A program made the position numbers and the translations under genes. 64,000 nt of DNA from an uncultured delta proteobacterium. Lineage in GTDB: Bacteria > Desulfobacterota > Binatia > Binatales > Binataceae. Shown one piece after another: positions 1-9,050 of this stretch. Numbering within the stretch: the first letter of the stretch is position 1; every line of letters starts with the position of its first letter. The stretch is from NCBI GenBank assembly GCA_963765675.1, contig CAVXXK010000006.1, positions 320,001 to 384,000 on the forward strand, written 5' to 3'. The notes under the pieces were generated by a model. The model made no database searches, had not been told where the DNA came from, and saw nothing but the letters and a program-made list of their open reading frames with translations.

Positions 1-820
1 ATCCCGCCGCCTCACCGCTGAGCGATCGCATCAGTTCCAGATTCTGCTTGATCGAGAAGGCGCGCGCGTCGGTTTCGGTCATCCCCGAGTATCGATCGAG
101 ATAGCCGCTGGCGCCTTTCAAATCCCTGACTTTGTCCTGCATGTATTTGGCCATGCCCGGCCGCTTGATTGGAAGAATCCCGAACACGACGGCGATTCCG
201 ATCCGGCGGGCCTCGGCGAGAAAGCGGCGGGCGGTCTCGGCCTCGAAGATCGGCTGGGTCAGGACGAACTTCGCGCCGGCGCGCGCGCGGCGCTCGAGCA
301 GCTCGATCTCGCGCTCGAAGTTCTTGCGATAGGGATTCGCAACCGAGCCGGCGTATATCGCCGGCAGCGTTTTGAGGCGATCCCTGCCCTCGCCAGTATC
401 GCCGCAATTGAGCATCGCGATCATCGCGAGCAGGCTGAACGCGTCGAGGTCGTGCACCGCGCTCGGGCCGCCGGGATCGCCGGGCGGAAGCTTGTCGCCG
501 GTCAGAGCGACCACGGCGTCGATTCCGAGCGCGCCCGCGCCGAGCAGATCGGACTTGAGCGCCAGGCGATTGCGATCGCGGCAGGAGACGTTCAACACCA
601 CCGGAATTTGCAGCCGCGTTTTGATGATCGAGGCGAACACGAGGCCCGACATCTTGACCTGTCCCAGAGAGTTGTCGGTCAGGTTGATCGCGTCCACGTG
701 GCCGCGCAGCGCAGCCAGATGGCGCAGCAGCAACTCAGGGTTCACGCCGCGCGGAGGAGAGACTTCAACCCACAGAGCGGGACGGCGTGAGGCAAGGCTT
801 TCGGCGACTTTACCGGACAC
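1..820 (-). CDS. metF: Methylenetetrahydrofolate reductase (3' end beyond window)
   Basis: Not in the ORF track. Manual minus-strand translation from GTG at 820: VSGKVAESLASRRPALWVEVSPPRG...DAINLTDNSLG...LNVSCRDRNRLALKSDLLGAGALGIDAVVALTGD...AGAKFVLTQPIFE. These are MTHFR motifs. Confidence 0.85.
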   Translation of the reverse strand, partial: MSGKVAESLASRRPALWVEVSPPRGVNPELLLRHLAALRGHVDAINLTDNSLGQVKMSGLVFASIIKTRLQIPVVLNVSCRDRNRLALKSDLLGAGALGIDAVVALTGDKLPPGDPGGPSAVHDLDAFSLLAMIAMLNCGDTGEGRDRLKTLPAIYAGSVANPYRKNFEREIELLERRARAGAKFVLTQPIFEAETARRFLAEARRIGIAVVFGILPIKRPGMAKYMQDKVRDLKGASGYLDRYSGMTETDARAFSIKQNLELMRSLSGEAAG

Positions 821-848
821 TCCGCTTCTCTGCCCCGTCGCGCCGATA

Positions 849-1883
849 TTAGGCCTGGCGCCGCTCGGTCGCCTTTACCTTCTGGTACTTGCGGTAATCG
901 TAGCCGGTCGCCATCGCCATCAACAGCGGCTCCATCCCGCCTTCGCGCTCGCGGCGCAGCACGCGCAGGCGATCGAAGAACTCGTTGAAATCCTTGTCGA
1001 CGCGCGGCCGCCCTTCGAGCGGGGAGAGAAAGAAATCGTGCAGGCGGGTGACGGTGAAGCGCAGCGAGGAAAAGCGCAGCTCGTTGGGAAACGCGTCCCA
1101 TTCCGCGAGCGACAGCGTGCGGACGGATTCGTAACCGCCCAGCAGGGAGCGAAAACGATCTAGCGAGTAGGCGCCGCCGACGAAGCATAGCGCGTTGACA
1201 GCGGTCGCGATGTCGAAAATAAATTTGCCGCGGCATGCGGCCTCGAAATCGAGCACCGCGGTCAGCTTCTCGCCGCGAAACAGCAGGTTGTCGGGAAACA
1301 GATCACCGTGAATTACGCCCTTGGGCAGCTTGCCTTCGAGATAGCGCGTCAGGTACTCGACCTCGTCGTCGAGGGTGCGGCAGATTTTGCGGAAGTAGTT
1401 GGGTAGGCGGCTGCGCACGCTCAGGTAGAGGTCGGCGATCCGCTCGAAGCTGAAGCGGTTGTCGATGCCCTTCTTGTAGGCTTTGCCGATCACGTGCAGG
1501 TCGCCGAGCGCGTGGCCGATCGTCTCGAGATGCGACAGCTTGAGCTTCTCCGCCGGCAGCATCCGGCCTTCCTGGTAGCGGAACAGCGAGACGCACTTGT
1601 TGTTGAGCGAGCGGTAGAAGCGGCCCATCCGATCCTGCATCGGATGCGGACAGGGGAAGCCGTGCTTGCGCACGAACGACAGCAGATCGATCTCGCGCTT
1701 GAGCTCGTTTTCGCTCTTGACCTCGTCGATTCGGAGCAGGAACTTTCCCTTGGCGGTCTCGAGGATATAGTTGCTGTTGACCGAGCCTTCGGCGACGCCG
1801 GTGGCTGAGCTTACGCGTCCGAGCGCGTAATCGTCGGATAGTTCCTTGAGGAACGGTTTGCTTAACTCAGTATAAACTGCCAT
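849..1883 (-). CDS. thrB: Homoserine kinase type II (APH/phosphotransferase fold)
   Basis: MAVYTEL start, GVAEGSVNSNY, GVIHGDLFPDN, LDFEAAC, RFTVTRLHDF. Confidence 0.85.
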   Translation of the reverse strand: MAVYTELSKPFLKELSDDYALGRVSSATGVAEGSVNSNYILETAKGKFLLRIDEVKSENELKREIDLLSFVRKHGFPCPHPMQDRMGRFYRSLNNKCVSLFRYQEGRMLPAEKLKLSHLETIGHALGDLHVIGKAYKKGIDNRFSFERIADLYLSVRSRLPNYFRKICRTLDDEVEYLTRYLEGKLPKGVIHGDLFPDNLLFRGEKLTAVLDFEAACRGKFIFDIATAVNALCFVGGAYSLDRFRSLLGGYESVRTLSLAEWDAFPNELRFSSLRFTVTRLHDFFLSPLEGRPRVDKDFNEFFDRLRVLRREREGGMEPLLMAMATGYDYRKYQKVKATERRQA

Positions 1884-1914
1884 GCGGGAATGATCGATCC
1901 GGTATGTCGCCGGA

Positions 1915-1943
1915 ATAGTAGAGCCATAGCCTTGGTGGGTCAA
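1915..1943 (-). promoter_or_regulatory. Sigma70-like promoter for thrB-metF
   Basis: TTGACC-N17-TACTAT on the minus strand, about 30 nt upstream of the thrB ATG. Confidence 0.6.
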
Positions 1944-2047
1944 CTAGGGTCGGGAAAAATAGCCTTTTCGAGCCTCACTTCGAGAATGTCAGCGCTGCAA
2001 CAAGTCCGTCAGGTTAGAAACCGGACGAATCTAAATGGGAGAATAGC

Positions 2048-2596
2048 ATGCCAGTCAAGAAAAAAACGGTGAAATCGGCGGCTCGGCCGGCCAAACCTGC
2101 GGCGGCAAGCGCGTCGGCGCCGGCTTCGCTTGCGCTGGAGGGTCGTAAAGCGCCGACGTTCGAGCTGCCGTCGGGCGACGGCGCAACGGTCAAGCTTGCC
2201 GACCTGGTCCGCAAGGGCAACGTGGTGCTCTATTTCTATCCGAAAGACCTGACGACAGGATGCACCGCCGAGGCGTGCAGCTTCCGCGACAACCTGGCGG
2301 ACGTGCGCGAGCTTGGCGCGCAGATAATCGGCATCAGCGCCGACACGCCTGCGTCGCATGCGAAGTTCACCGGCAAGTACGAGCTCAATTTTCCGCTGCT
2401 GAGCGACGTCGACAACAAGGTCGGAAAGCTCTACGGCGTGTACAAGATGAAATCGATGTACGGGCGGCAGTACATGGGAATCGAGCGGACGACTTTCGTG
2501 ATCGATCGCGCGGGTGTGGTCCGAAAGGTCTTCCCCAAGGTCAAGGTGACAGGCCACACCGACGAGGTGGTCGCGGCGCTCAGGGCGCTCGACTGA
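2048..2596 (+). CDS. bcp: Peroxiredoxin BCP/PrxQ
   Basis: VLYFYPKDLTTGCTAEACSFRD; GIERTTFVID. Confidence 0.92.
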   Translation: MPVKKKTVKSAARPAKPAAASASAPASLALEGRKAPTFELPSGDGATVKLADLVRKGNVVLYFYPKDLTTGCTAEACSFRDNLADVRELGAQIIGISADTPASHAKFTGKYELNFPLLSDVDNKVGKLYGVYKMKSMYGRQYMGIERTTFVIDRAGVVRKVFPKVKVTGHTDEVVAALRALD

Positions 2597-2619
2597 TCAG
2601 GGCGCGACTGCCGCGAGCA

Positions 2620-3522
2620 TCATGACGCCGCGTCGGTTTCGTTGCCGAGCAGGTTCTGGCGCAGGAACGCTCGCAGGTCGGGCGATACCCGGCCGCCCAG
2701 ATGATGCCCTTGCGGAAAATAGTGCGTCTCGACGTGCGCGCCGCGCTCACGCAGGGCGCTGGCGAGATCCTGAGCCTGGCTGACTGGAGTCGCCTTGTCG
2801 CGGTCGCCGTGGAGGATAAGCACGCTGCATCCGAGGCGGTTCGGCAGATGCCGAATCACGCTGCGCTCGGCCAGCACTCGCTTGCTCGGCCAAACCTCGT
2901 GGAGGATTGCGAGCTTGGTGCGAAGCGTGGTTTCGGGCCACAGACTCAGCATGTCGTAGGCGCCGGATTGCAGGATGAGTGCTCGCGGGCGGGAATCGTA
3001 GTCCATGAGAAGGCCGGCGGCGACAGCGCCATTGCCGAGACCCCAAACTGCGATCCGCGACGCGTCGACGTCTGGCCGCGCAGCCAGCAGATCGAGCGCT
3101 TTGCGCGCCGCGGCGACCGCCTGCGGACCGACGTAGCGGCTCGGGCCGGAAGAATGTCCGTAGCCAGGAATGCTGACGCAGGCGACCTGAATCCCCATCG
3201 CGACGATATAGGCGTTGGAATCGACGCAGCGCTCGGCGGTTTCCTCGCCGTTCAGCACCAGCATCGCGGGCAGCCGCCCCGGCACGTCGCTACGGGTCAG
3301 GTAACCCGCAATCTGGTACTTATTGGGGCCGAGCGAGACGGCGAAATTAAACGGTGCGGTGTTGGGATGCCGTTTCAGGAACGATACGGGGCGGACCCTG
3401 CAAGCGGGCAGCGCCGCAAGCATCGTGATTAGGGCAATCGCTGCGCCAGTGATGCGTACGACCGACCATCGCGATAGCGTGTCCGAGTCGGAGTCGGCCG
3501 AAGCCGCCGTGTGAGTGTCCAT
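2620..3522 (-). CDS. Alpha/beta hydrolase (peptidase S9-like), possible signal/TM segment, nucleophile Ser absent
   Basis: PGYGHSSG, PDVDASRIAVWGLGNGA, LILHGDRDKAT, GHHL; start codon uncertain. Confidence 0.75.
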   Translation of the reverse strand: MDTHTAASADSDSDTLSRWSVVRITGAAIALITMLAALPACRVRPVSFLKRHPNTAPFNFAVSLGPNKYQIAGYLTRSDVPGRLPAMLVLNGEETAERCVDSNAYIVAMGIQVACVSIPGYGHSSGPSRYVGPQAVAAARKALDLLAARPDVDASRIAVWGLGNGAVAAGLLMDYDSRPRALILQSGAYDMLSLWPETTLRTKLAILHEVWPSKRVLAERSVIRHLPNRLGCSVLILHGDRDKATPVSQAQDLASALRERGAHVETHYFPQGHHLGGRVSPDLRAFLRQNLLGNETDAAS

Positions 3523-3711
3523 AGACGGCCCATATCTATACCAGTGCGGCCACAAGGGAAACCATCGAGCCTCTCGCCAATGCACTCGCGATCGGTCACG
3601 GGGTCTTCCGAACCTCCGGAGGGGGCGATTGAATCGTGCGGGACTTTCGCCAATACTTCTTGATTCACCGGGCGTTTTGCCCGCGATCTCTGGACAATAT
3701 CTGGATACATC

Positions 3712-4134
3712 ATGGCCACGCAGTCATCGGCGATAATTGATTTCGACAAGAATGGCGGTGTGATCCCCGTGATTGCGCAGGACTACCGAAATCATCGTGT
3801 GCTGATGCTGGCGTATATGAATCGCGAGGCGTTCGAGGAAACCGTGGCGACGCGGCGCGCCTGCTATTTCTCGCGCTCCCGCAACCGGCTGTGGCGCAAG
3901 GGCGAGGAGTCGGGCAATTTTCAAATCGTGCACGAAATCCGCCTCGATTGCGACGAGGACGCCGTCCTTCTGATGGTCGAGCAGGCGGGCGACGGCGCGG
4001 CCTGCCACGAGGGCTACGAGTCCGACTATTTCCGTGTCCTCGACGGCGAGGATTGGCGCGTCGTCGACAAGCGGATTGTCGACCCCGCGAAGTACGGCCC
4101 AAATTACGGCCATCCGAAGAAACCAGTTGTCTGA
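3712..4134 (+). CDS. hisI: Phosphoribosyl-AMP cyclohydrolase
   Basis: VLMLAYMN, YFSRSRNRLWRKGEESG, LDCDEDA, AACHEG. Confidence 0.93.
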   Translation: MATQSSAIIDFDKNGGVIPVIAQDYRNHRVLMLAYMNREAFEETVATRRACYFSRSRNRLWRKGEESGNFQIVHEIRLDCDEDAVLLMVEQAGDGAACHEGYESDYFRVLDGEDWRVVDKRIVDPAKYGPNYGHPKKPVV

Positions 4135-4156
4135 CGATAAATCCGGCGATAAACAG

Positions 4157-5053
4157 ATGTCCGGCAAGATACTCAAATTCGGAATTCCCAAGGGCAGCCT
4201 CGAGCAGAAGACGCTCGAGCTGATGCGCAAGTCCGGCTGGCGAATTCAGGTGGATGCGCGCTCGTATATTCCGACGATCGACGATCCTGGGCTTGCGTGC
4301 CGCATCCTGCGCCCGCAGGAGATACCGCGCTACATCGCCGACGGCTCGCTCGACGCGGGAATCGCCGGCAGCGACTGGGTGGCGGAAAATAACGTAAGCC
4401 TCGAGCAGGTCGAGAGCTTCATCTATTCGAAAGTCTCGATGCAGCCGGCCAGGTGGGTGCTGTACGTCGCACAGGACTCACCGATCAAGCGCTTGGAGGA
4501 CCTGGCGGGCAAGCGTGTCGCGACCGAGATCGTGCAGTTCGTCAAGCGAACCTTCGCCGAACGAAAAATTAAAGTAGAAGTTGAATTTTCGTGGGGCGCG
4601 ACCGAGGCCAAAGTCGCGGAGGGAATCGTTGACGCCGCGGTGGATGTGACCGAAACCGGCTCTTCGATCCGCGCCAATGGTCTGCGGATCGTCGAGGAGC
4701 TGCTGATCTCGAATCCGGTCCTGGTCGCCAATCCGGCCGCGATGGCCGACGAATGGAAGCGCGCCAAGATTCGGCAGATTGGCGTCCTGATGCGCGCGGC
4801 GCTCGACGCCGAGAACCGCGTGATGATTAAAATGAACGTGCTGCGCGCCAACGTCGAGAAAGTGATCGCGCTTTTGCCCGCGCTGACCGCGCCGACGATC
4901 TCGTATCTCTACGCCTCGCCGGTGCTGAAAGGCGAGGAGTGGCTCGCGGTCGAAACCGTGATTGCGGAACAGACCGTGCGCGAGTTGTTTCCCAAGCTGC
5001 TCGAGGCAGGCGCGGTCGGAATTGTCGAGTTCTCGCTCAACAAGATTATCTGA
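4157..5053 (+). CDS. hisG: ATP phosphoribosyltransferase, long form
   Basis: GIPKGSL, RPQEIP, LDAGIAG, FSWGATEAK, DVTETGSSIRANGL, C-terminal ACT-like domain. Confidence 0.93.
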   Translation: MSGKILKFGIPKGSLEQKTLELMRKSGWRIQVDARSYIPTIDDPGLACRILRPQEIPRYIADGSLDAGIAGSDWVAENNVSLEQVESFIYSKVSMQPARWVLYVAQDSPIKRLEDLAGKRVATEIVQFVKRTFAERKIKVEVEFSWGATEAKVAEGIVDAAVDVTETGSSIRANGLRIVEELLISNPVLVANPAAMADEWKRAKIRQIGVLMRAALDAENRVMIKMNVLRANVEKVIALLPALTAPTISYLYASPVLKGEEWLAVETVIAEQTVRELFPKLLEAGAVGIVEFSLNKII

Positions 5054-5062
5054 CGCGTCTGT

Positions 5063-5782
5063 ATGACGACCCGCGACATCACCTTTCCGGCTAGCGGCGG
5101 TCATCCGATGCGCGCGGCGATCGCCGGCGCAGAAGACGGCGCGAAGCGTCCCGGCGTGATCGTTATCCACGAGATCTTCGGCCTCAACGATGATATCCGC
5201 CGAATCACGGCGCGGATCGCGGGGCTTGGCTACGTCGCGATGGCGCCCGATCTGTACGACGGCTCCGGCGCGCGCGCGATTTGTATCGCTCGCACCTTGT
5301 TGGCGCTGAATCGCGGCACGGGCCAGCCGTTCGAGGATCTGAAATCCGCGCGCGAGTTCCTGGCGGAGCAGCCGGGGGTCGATAGCTCGCGAATCGGTGT
5401 GATCGGATTCTGCATGGGCGGCGGCTTCGCGCTTTTGTATGCGGTGCGCGCGCCGATGAACGCGTGCGCGACATTTTACGGCGACGTTCCGAAGAGCGCC
5501 GAGAAAATTCGCGGAGTATGCCCGGTGCTCGGCGGCTACGGCGCTGACGACAAGCTGTTCGCGTCGCAGGGACGCAGGCTCGAAAAGCTGCTCGCCGAGA
5601 ACGGCGTCGAGCACGACGTGAAGATCTACGACGGCGCCGGGCACAGCTTCATGAGCCGTCACGAGGGCAGGCTCGCGAAGCTTGCGGCCTACGGACCGAT
5701 GAAGGTGGGCTACAATCACGACGCCGCCGAGGATAGCTGGAAACGAATCGACGCATTCTTCGCGCGCCATCTCGGCCGCTGA
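5063..5782 (+). CDS. Dienelactone hydrolase family protein
   Basis: VIHEIFGLN, GFCMGG, YDGAGHSF. Confidence 0.9.
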   Translation: MTTRDITFPASGGHPMRAAIAGAEDGAKRPGVIVIHEIFGLNDDIRRITARIAGLGYVAMAPDLYDGSGARAICIARTLLALNRGTGQPFEDLKSAREFLAEQPGVDSSRIGVIGFCMGGGFALLYAVRAPMNACATFYGDVPKSAEKIRGVCPVLGGYGADDKLFASQGRRLEKLLAENGVEHDVKIYDGAGHSFMSRHEGRLAKLAAYGPMKVGYNHDAAEDSWKRIDAFFARHLGR

Positions 5783-5799
5783 ACGCGGAGCCGGAGCCC

Positions 5800-6468
5800 A
5801 TGCCTATCGCGAAAAAAGAGAGCTCGACCGATCTTGAAAAGCGGGCGGCGCGAATCAGCCGCACTCTGGCGCGGCTTTATCCGAAGGCGCGGATCAGCCT
5901 CGATTTCTCGACGCCGTGGCAATGTCTTGCGGCGACGATTCTGTCCGCTCAATGCACCGACGAGCGCGTCAACAAGGTAACGCCCGCGCTGTTCAAGGAA
6001 TTTCCCGACGCGCGCGCGACCGCGGCGGCGCGGCCCGAGCGGATTAACGAGCTGATCGCGTCCACCGGATTTTTTCGGCAGAAGACCAAATCCCTGATGA
6101 ACACGGCGCGGCTACTGGTCGAGCGTCACGGTGGCGAAGTTCCCGAGGCGATGGAGGATCTCGTCGCGCTGCACGGGGTCGGGCGCAAGACCGCCAACGT
6201 GATCCGCGGCCACGTTTTTGGCCTGCCGGGATTCGTCGTCGATACGCACGTGCGCCGGCTGACGAATCGGCTCGGACTCACGCGCAGCTCCGATCCGGTA
6301 AAGATCGAGAGTGAAGTGTCGGCTCTCCTGCCGCCCAAAGATTGGACCCCGTTCTCGATGCGCCTGATCCTGCACGGCCGCCAAGTCTGCATCGCCCGCG
6401 CCCCCAGGTGCGAAGCCTGCGCACTGTCGCCGGATTGCCCGAAGATCGGGGTTAAGCCTCGACACTGA
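5800..6468 (+). CDS. nth: Endonuclease III
   Basis: LSAQCTDERVN, HhH LHGVGRKTAN, VDTHV, C-x6-C-x2-C-x5-C Fe-S motif. Confidence 0.95.
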   Translation: MPIAKKESSTDLEKRAARISRTLARLYPKARISLDFSTPWQCLAATILSAQCTDERVNKVTPALFKEFPDARATAAARPERINELIASTGFFRQKTKSLMNTARLLVERHGGEVPEAMEDLVALHGVGRKTANVIRGHVFGLPGFVVDTHVRRLTNRLGLTRSSDPVKIESEVSALLPPKDWTPFSMRLILHGRQVCIARAPRCEACALSPDCPKIGVKPRH

Positions 6469-6521
6469 TGTGTCATTCCCTCGCGCGGGCGGCGGCGCGA
6501 CAGCATAAAGAGATTTAGTGC

Positions 6522-6725
6522 AAGGCTGCCCTCACCGGCGCGTCACGGTGATTGCTAAAAAGAGCAATCGCCGCGCCGCTTGCCCTCTCCCGGAAGGAGA
6601 GGGGCAGAAGAGCAGACGGAGAAGAGCAGATAGCGCCGCCGCGAGCGCGCGATGACTGCGCCTCTCCCTCCGGGAGAGGCCGGGTAAGACTTCGTCCGAA
6701 GTCTTACCCGGGTGAGGGCGGCCTT
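6522..6725. repeat. REP doublet (REPIN/BIME-like), family A, two inverted units
   Basis: Ends AAGGCTGCCCTCACC and GGTGAGGGCGGCCTT are inverted repeats; each unit has a CCTCTCC...GGAGAGG hairpin. Confidence 0.8.
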
Positions 6726-6881
6726 ACGATAATTTGGCTCCTGCGATCCGGGATTTCCTCAGCCTTCGCGAGGTAGTCACGCGCTGAAATGACAATCCGG
6801 AACCCGCGAGGTGCGTATTTGAACATCTGTGCCGAAATGCAATAATCTCGTATCGCGTGCCCGGCTACCAGGGCCATTTCC

Positions 6882-7418
6882 GTGAAACTTCGGCTGGACG
6901 ACATAACCGCCGAGGCAAAGGATATCTCCTTTGCCGAGCCGGAATCTGAAATCAACCGTATTCTGGGGCAGGGGCCTGTGCGCGAGTACCAGGTAGAAGG
7001 ACCGATTGCTGTGAATGTTTCGTATTATCGAGCGGGCACCGACCTGTTTTTCTCGGGGCAGATCGAGGCGCGGACCGGAGCCGCATGCGCCCGCTGCGCC
7101 GAGGAATTCGACGCGTCGTCGTCGGCTCCGTTTCGATTCGTTCTGGCGCCGCGCTCGATCGGTCCCGCGAACGAACGTAATCTCAAGGTCGATGACCTCG
7201 AGTTCTCGACTTACGATGGCGACGAGATTGATCTTAGCCCGCTGATTCGCGAGCAGTTGATGCTCTCGCTGCCGACGCGTCCGTTGTGCCGCGAAGATTG
7301 CCGGGGGCTCTGCCCGCATTGCGGGATCAACCTCAATCGGGAATCGTGCGGATGCCGCGAAGAGCGGCTCGATTCGCGCCTGGCCGCGATCCGTTCGCTC
7401 AAGGTCTCGCGCCAGTAG
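6882..7418 (+). CDS. yceD: DUF177/YceD family protein
   Basis: CARCAE, IDLSPLIREQLMLSLP, LCREDCRGLCPHCG; directly upstream of rpmF. Confidence 0.9.
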   Translation: MKLRLDDITAEAKDISFAEPESEINRILGQGPVREYQVEGPIAVNVSYYRAGTDLFFSGQIEARTGAACARCAEEFDASSSAPFRFVLAPRSIGPANERNLKVDDLEFSTYDGDEIDLSPLIREQLMLSLPTRPLCREDCRGLCPHCGINLNRESCGCREERLDSRLAAIRSLKVSRQ

Positions 7419-7452
7419 TTTTGTCCAACTCAAATCGCAGGAAGAAACCTAC

Positions 7453-7632
7453 ATGCAAGCACCCAAACGCCGAACCTCCCACTCGAAGAAGAATCAACGC
7501 CGCTCCCACGACGCCTTGCGCGCCGTGAATCCCGGCACCTGCGCGAGCTGCGGCGAGCCCGCGCTGCCGCATCATGTTTGCAGGCATTGCGGCTCCTACC
7601 GCGGCCGTGAAGTCGCCGCGGTGAAGGAATAG
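7453..7632 (+). CDS. rpmF: 50S ribosomal protein L32
   Basis: Below the ORF-track cutoff. Manual translation MQAPKRRTSHSKKNQRRSHDALRAVNPGTCASCGEPALPHHVCRHCGSYRGREVAAVKE. Confidence 0.95.
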   Translation: MQAPKRRTSHSKKNQRRSHDALRAVNPGTCASCGEPALPHHVCRHCGSYRGREVAAVKE

Positions 7633-7650
7633 CGGGCGCAGGTTATCCAA

Positions 7651-9030
7651 TTGAAGATCGCGCTCGACGCGATGGGGGGCGATCTCGCACCCAAGGCTGC
7701 GGTCGAGGGGGGCGTGCTGGCCGCACGCGATTTCGGTATCGAGATCGTGCTGGTGGGCGACCGCGAGGTCGTCGCCAGAGAGCTCGCCGAACACGACACC
7801 AAGGGGTTGAGCATCCGGATCGAGCACGCGCCCGAAGTCGTGCTGATGGACGATTCGCCGCTCGAATCGATCCTGAGCAAGCCGGGCTCGTCGCTGCATA
7901 TCGGATTTCACCTGGTGAAGGATCTCAAGGCTGACGCTTTCGTCAGCGCCGGAAATTCCGGCGCGATGATGGTCGCCGCGTCGGTCATCCTGGGAAATCT
8001 TCCCCACGTCGATCGCCCCGCGATCGGAACGATCGTGCCGACCACCGAAGGGCAGGCGCTCTTGATCGACGCCGGCGCCAACACCGAGGTCAAGCCGCTC
8101 AACCTCGCGCAGTTCGCGGTGATGGGCGCGGTTTACTGGCGCCGCGTGCGCAACGTCTCGGTCCCGCGTGTCGGGATCCTGTCCAACGGCGAAGAAGCTT
8201 CCAAGGGCACCGAGCTCACGCGCGCCGCGGCCGCGATGCTCGGGCAGATGTCTTCGTACGTCAACTACATCGGCTACGTCGAAGGGCGCGATATCAACCG
8301 CGCCAAGGCCGACGTGATCGTGACCGACGGCTTTACCGGCAACGTCGCGCTCAAGACGATGGAGGGGTTGTCGTCGCTGATCCGCGGAAATCTGCGCGAG
8401 CTTCTGAGCGGAAGCTGGGCCGGAAGAATCGCATACTTGCTTATCCGCAAACGGCTTGGCGGGATGATCGAAAAGCTCGATCCGCACGAAGTCGGCGGCG
8501 CTCCGCTCCTGGGCGTCAACGGAGTTGCGATTATCGCGCATGGATCGTCTAATGCGCGCGCGATTCGCAATGCGGTCCGGGCAGCGGCAAACGAATCGCT
8601 GGTGCGGCACGTCAATCCGGAAATCGTGGAAATCCTCGCCCGCACCCAGAGCGCCGGGACTATCGCCAAGCCCGCGGGCAAAGGTATCCGCGCGCTGTTC
8701 AGCAAGATGCGCGAACGCCTGCAGCGTCATCCGAAAGACGCTGCGGTATTGCTGGGCGATTCACCGTCGGCGCCGAAAGAAGTTGCCGCAGAGGTCGTCT
8801 ATCCCGGCGGCGCGTCGGCACCCTCGAAATCCGCGAACCCAACCGGCGAGCTCGCGCAGACGGAAACCAGACCGCAGCCGGCCGAGAATCACAATCCGGC
8901 GACGCGCGAAACCTCCGCGTCGTCTCAGCCTGCGATTTCGACCAACGGCTCTGCCTCGAGCGGTCACGCCGACTCGACGAAACCGGCTCCCGACTTATCC
9001 AAGGACCCCGCCAACCGCGAATCCAACTGA
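7651..9030 (+). CDS. plsX: Phosphate acyltransferase PlsX with long C-terminal extension
   Basis: IALDAMGGD, SAGNSGA, DRPAI, DAGAN, DGFTGNVALKTMEG, GGAPLLGVNG, AHGSS. Confidence 0.93.
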   Translation: MKIALDAMGGDLAPKAAVEGGVLAARDFGIEIVLVGDREVVARELAEHDTKGLSIRIEHAPEVVLMDDSPLESILSKPGSSLHIGFHLVKDLKADAFVSAGNSGAMMVAASVILGNLPHVDRPAIGTIVPTTEGQALLIDAGANTEVKPLNLAQFAVMGAVYWRRVRNVSVPRVGILSNGEEASKGTELTRAAAAMLGQMSSYVNYIGYVEGRDINRAKADVIVTDGFTGNVALKTMEGLSSLIRGNLRELLSGSWAGRIAYLLIRKRLGGMIEKLDPHEVGGAPLLGVNGVAIIAHGSSNARAIRNAVRAAANESLVRHVNPEIVEILARTQSAGTIAKPAGKGIRALFSKMRERLQRHPKDAAVLLGDSPSAPKEVAAEVVYPGGASAPSKSANPTGELAQTETRPQPAENHNPATRETSASSQPAISTNGSASSGHADSTKPAPDLSKDPANRESN

Positions 9031-9050
9031 CGATTCGGATCGGATCTGCG

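Noticed and set aside
372-1163. 263-aa plus-strand ORF
   Set aside because: Antisense to metF and thrB; the real gene is the minus-strand MTHFR missing from the ORF track
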